Assembly: GCA_973895155.1 (NCBI GenBank)
Contig: OZ316899.1
Coordinates: forward strand, 2,069,573 to 2,133,572
DNA from: Marsupella aquatica
Taxonomy: Eukaryota > Plantae > Marchantiophyta
Reading direction: 5' to 3'
Length of the DNA stretch: 64,000 nt
A program made the position numbers and the translations under genes. Each line of letters starts with the position of its first letter. Within the stretch, counting starts at the first letter, position 1. Below the pieces are notes generated by a model that made no database searches, was not told the DNA's origin, and was given only the letters and a program-made list of their open reading frames with translations. Shown one piece after another: positions 61,890 through 64,000 of the stretch.

Positions 61890-62900
61890 GTGCATGATTG
61901 GTGCGACATGCTCATGAAGAGCTTGGACATTTTGGAGTGAAGCGGACCTACGGCTTACTCCAGACCCAGTATTGGTGGCGTGGGATGCATGTTGAGGTGC
62001 AACAGTTTGTGGCGCAATGTACTGTGTGTGACAGAGTGAGAGCATCATTTAATGCTCCTACCCCGTAGTTGCATCCCTTGCCGATTATGGGCTTGGGATA
62101 TTGTTGGAGTTTAGATTTTGCTGGACCCTTACCACTGACTAGACGTCACAACCGTTATGCCTTAGTGATGGTGGAGCAATTTTCTAAATGGATTGAGTTG
62201 GTTGCATTGCCAGATAAAGGTAGTGAAGGAGTTGCCTATGCCTTTTTGGACCGTGTATTGAGCCATTTTGGTGCTCCTACTGAGGTTTTGACTGACCAGG
62301 GGATTGAGTTTCGTGGAGATTTTCAGGCCTTGTGTGATCAAGCATTGATTGATCACCGTACAACATCTAGGGATCATCCATAGACAGATGGATTGGCAGA
62401 GAGAGTTGTCCAGACAATAAAGAGAGGATTGCGGAAATATGGCTTGCAGAAGGGTCACGTGAATGATTGGGATATCCAGCTCCCATGGTTAGCAATGGGA
62501 TATCGATTAAGTAGGCAAGCATCTCTTGCATCCTTTTCACCATATTTGTTGCTCTATGGTAGGGAGCCAGTGTTGCCAACAGCCATTCAAAGGGAGGTTG
62601 GTGAGGTGTTGCAGTTGGATGACCCTGACATGTGGATGCAAGCTTGTTCTTAACGAGCAGACTTGTTTTGGAGAGTGATGCCCATGGCATTTGAGAACTT
62701 AGCTATTGCGCAACATCGGGATACTTTGAGGTATGCCACTATTCGGGGAGGAGGATATCGCCCTAGCATCAAGCAATTTCATTCTAGAGACTATGTGTAT
62801 TTGCAACAAACAACACCTACTACTTTGGATGTCACTGCTGGACGTACTATACTACGAGTGCAAAAGGTTTGCCATCAGGCATTCTGGTTTTAGAAGGTCG
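61890..62900 (+). pseudogene. Gypsy integrase
   Basis: HEELGHFG...C.VC, SLDFAGP, LTDQG.EF and GLAERVVQTIK. Several stops. Confidence 0.92.
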
Positions 62901-63009
62901 TGATGGTATGGTTTGGAAGGATCATGTGCGCAACTGTGCACCTTGTCACCTTCCAAACATTGATGATAGCATAGATCCTAGTCTAGCAGTGATACCTGCA
63001 GGCTTATAA

Positions 63010-63146
63010 TGTATGTTGTGTGGATCCGCCCGTGGAGCTGCAACCATGTTGATTTGTGATGGTTGCTCAAGAGGTTGGCACTTAGCGTGTTTGACGCCAC
63101 CTCTTGATTCAGTCCCTGAAGGACGGTGGTTATGTCCCAATTGTAG
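63010..63146 (+). CDS. PHD finger at the integrase C-terminus
   Basis: CMLCGSARGAATMLICDGCSRGWHLACLTPPLDSVPEGRWLCPNC is a complete C4HC3 finger. Confidence 0.92.
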
Positions 63147-64000
63147 ATAGAGAGTGGCTTTAGTTAGCACAAAACTCATTAGGCAGTATAGATTGCAGGC
63201 AGACGATTAACGATGGGGCTCCTTGTAGTTTGCTATGAAGAACCAAAAACAGATTTATAGGTCTTCAAACTCGGTATTCGTTCCCGTAAAGAACAAGATG
63301 GGGTTGATTTGATACATAAAAACACAAATGAGAGTTTAAGGACTCTCTTTAACACATAGTAATCAGGATTGATTACTTTAATAAGGTATTTTGAAGATCG
63401 CTCCACAGCGGTGAGTAGTTTTTGATGATAACTCAACATCATATAACCATCAATTAAGTAAAAGGTTGCAATTAACAAAACACAAGGAAAAATCTCTTAG
63501 AGTATGTTTAAGGGAGTTTGGAATATACCAAGGTTACTCCTTAGACATAAGCAATAATGGAATGACTTTAAGGGAATTCAAATCCACACAGCTTTTCAGA
63601 TCTAAACTGCATACTAGAGTATCCTTTTAAAATGCCGGCAACATGTCTTGACTTTTCTTCCTAAGTGATACTTAGTCAAGATCTAAAAGGATAAATACTT
63701 CAGCATTTAAATGGTACTAAGCAACATGAAGGTGAAAACATCATTTCCAATGCAACTTAAACTCAATGGGTTAACTCTAAGAACTTGTGAGATTACAATG
63801 TGACACCCAAGTGGAATCTGACATTATAATTCACGAGATTCATAACTGAGGTTTTACTTCAAGTATTTGGGTTCCAAAATACAAGAAGGAGGTAAGTCCC
63901 TCCTAGGATTGCCTGCTCTGAACTTCAAAAAGTCCAAAATCACAAGGACAACACCAAGGGGCGACAAGTCATGTCTGACTTACTTACTGCTGCTTATTAG

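Larger units (their letters stand above)
49980..63150 (+). mobile_element. Ty3/gypsy element carrying a DNMT and a PHD finger; putative 5' LTR/UTR from 49980; no 3' LTR found in the window
   Basis: Domain order is gag, PR, DNMT, RT, RH, INT, PHD. A TG start interrupts a family-A LTR. The outer limits are uncertain. Confidence 0.7.

Noticed and set aside
63150-64000. Expected 3' LTR of the DNMT-gypsy element
   Set aside because: No match to the sequence from 49980 onward and no clear PPT. The region is AT-rich and unassigned.

Overview
Eukaryotic, almost entirely transposon-derived DNA, most likely heterochromatin of a non-seed land plant or a streptophyte alga (inferred from the element types, GT-AG introns, an EDM2-like fragment and C>T decay). 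I see no intact host gene. The contents are as follows. (1) A Ty3/gypsy chromovirus family ('A') whose ~1.48-kb LTRs end AG...CT instead of TG...CA; six LTR copies, including one internally deleted full element at 26178-48667. (2) A 16.9-kb Mutator-like element (28347-45253, 9-bp TSD) nested in that element's integrase. It carries a MULE-DDE/SWIM transposase, a divergent 5-exon gene fusing ParB/Srx-like, degenerate N6/N4-methyltransferase-like and Ulp1 protease domains, and many copies of one 21-bp palindrome in separate arrays. (3) A Penelope-like (Naiad/Chlamys-type) RT element at 14.65-24.37 kb with (CT)n-bounded repeat units, each holding a covarying pseudoknotted RNA motif with hammerhead-like parts in a non-standard order. 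(4) A Ty3/gypsy pol with a DNMT3-like C5 cytosine methyltransferase between protease and RT and a PHD finger after integrase (56.1-63.1 kb). (5) A 3.95-kb TG...CA solo-LTR-like unit enclosing an ~830-codon ORF (a second copy lies at 6.4-10.9 kb). (6) A non-autonomous CACTA element, a MULE-MITE, another solo LTR and an EDM2-like PHD pseudogene fragment. Nearly all coding regions have stops or frameshifts. All domain calls are from motif recognition by eye, not database searches.
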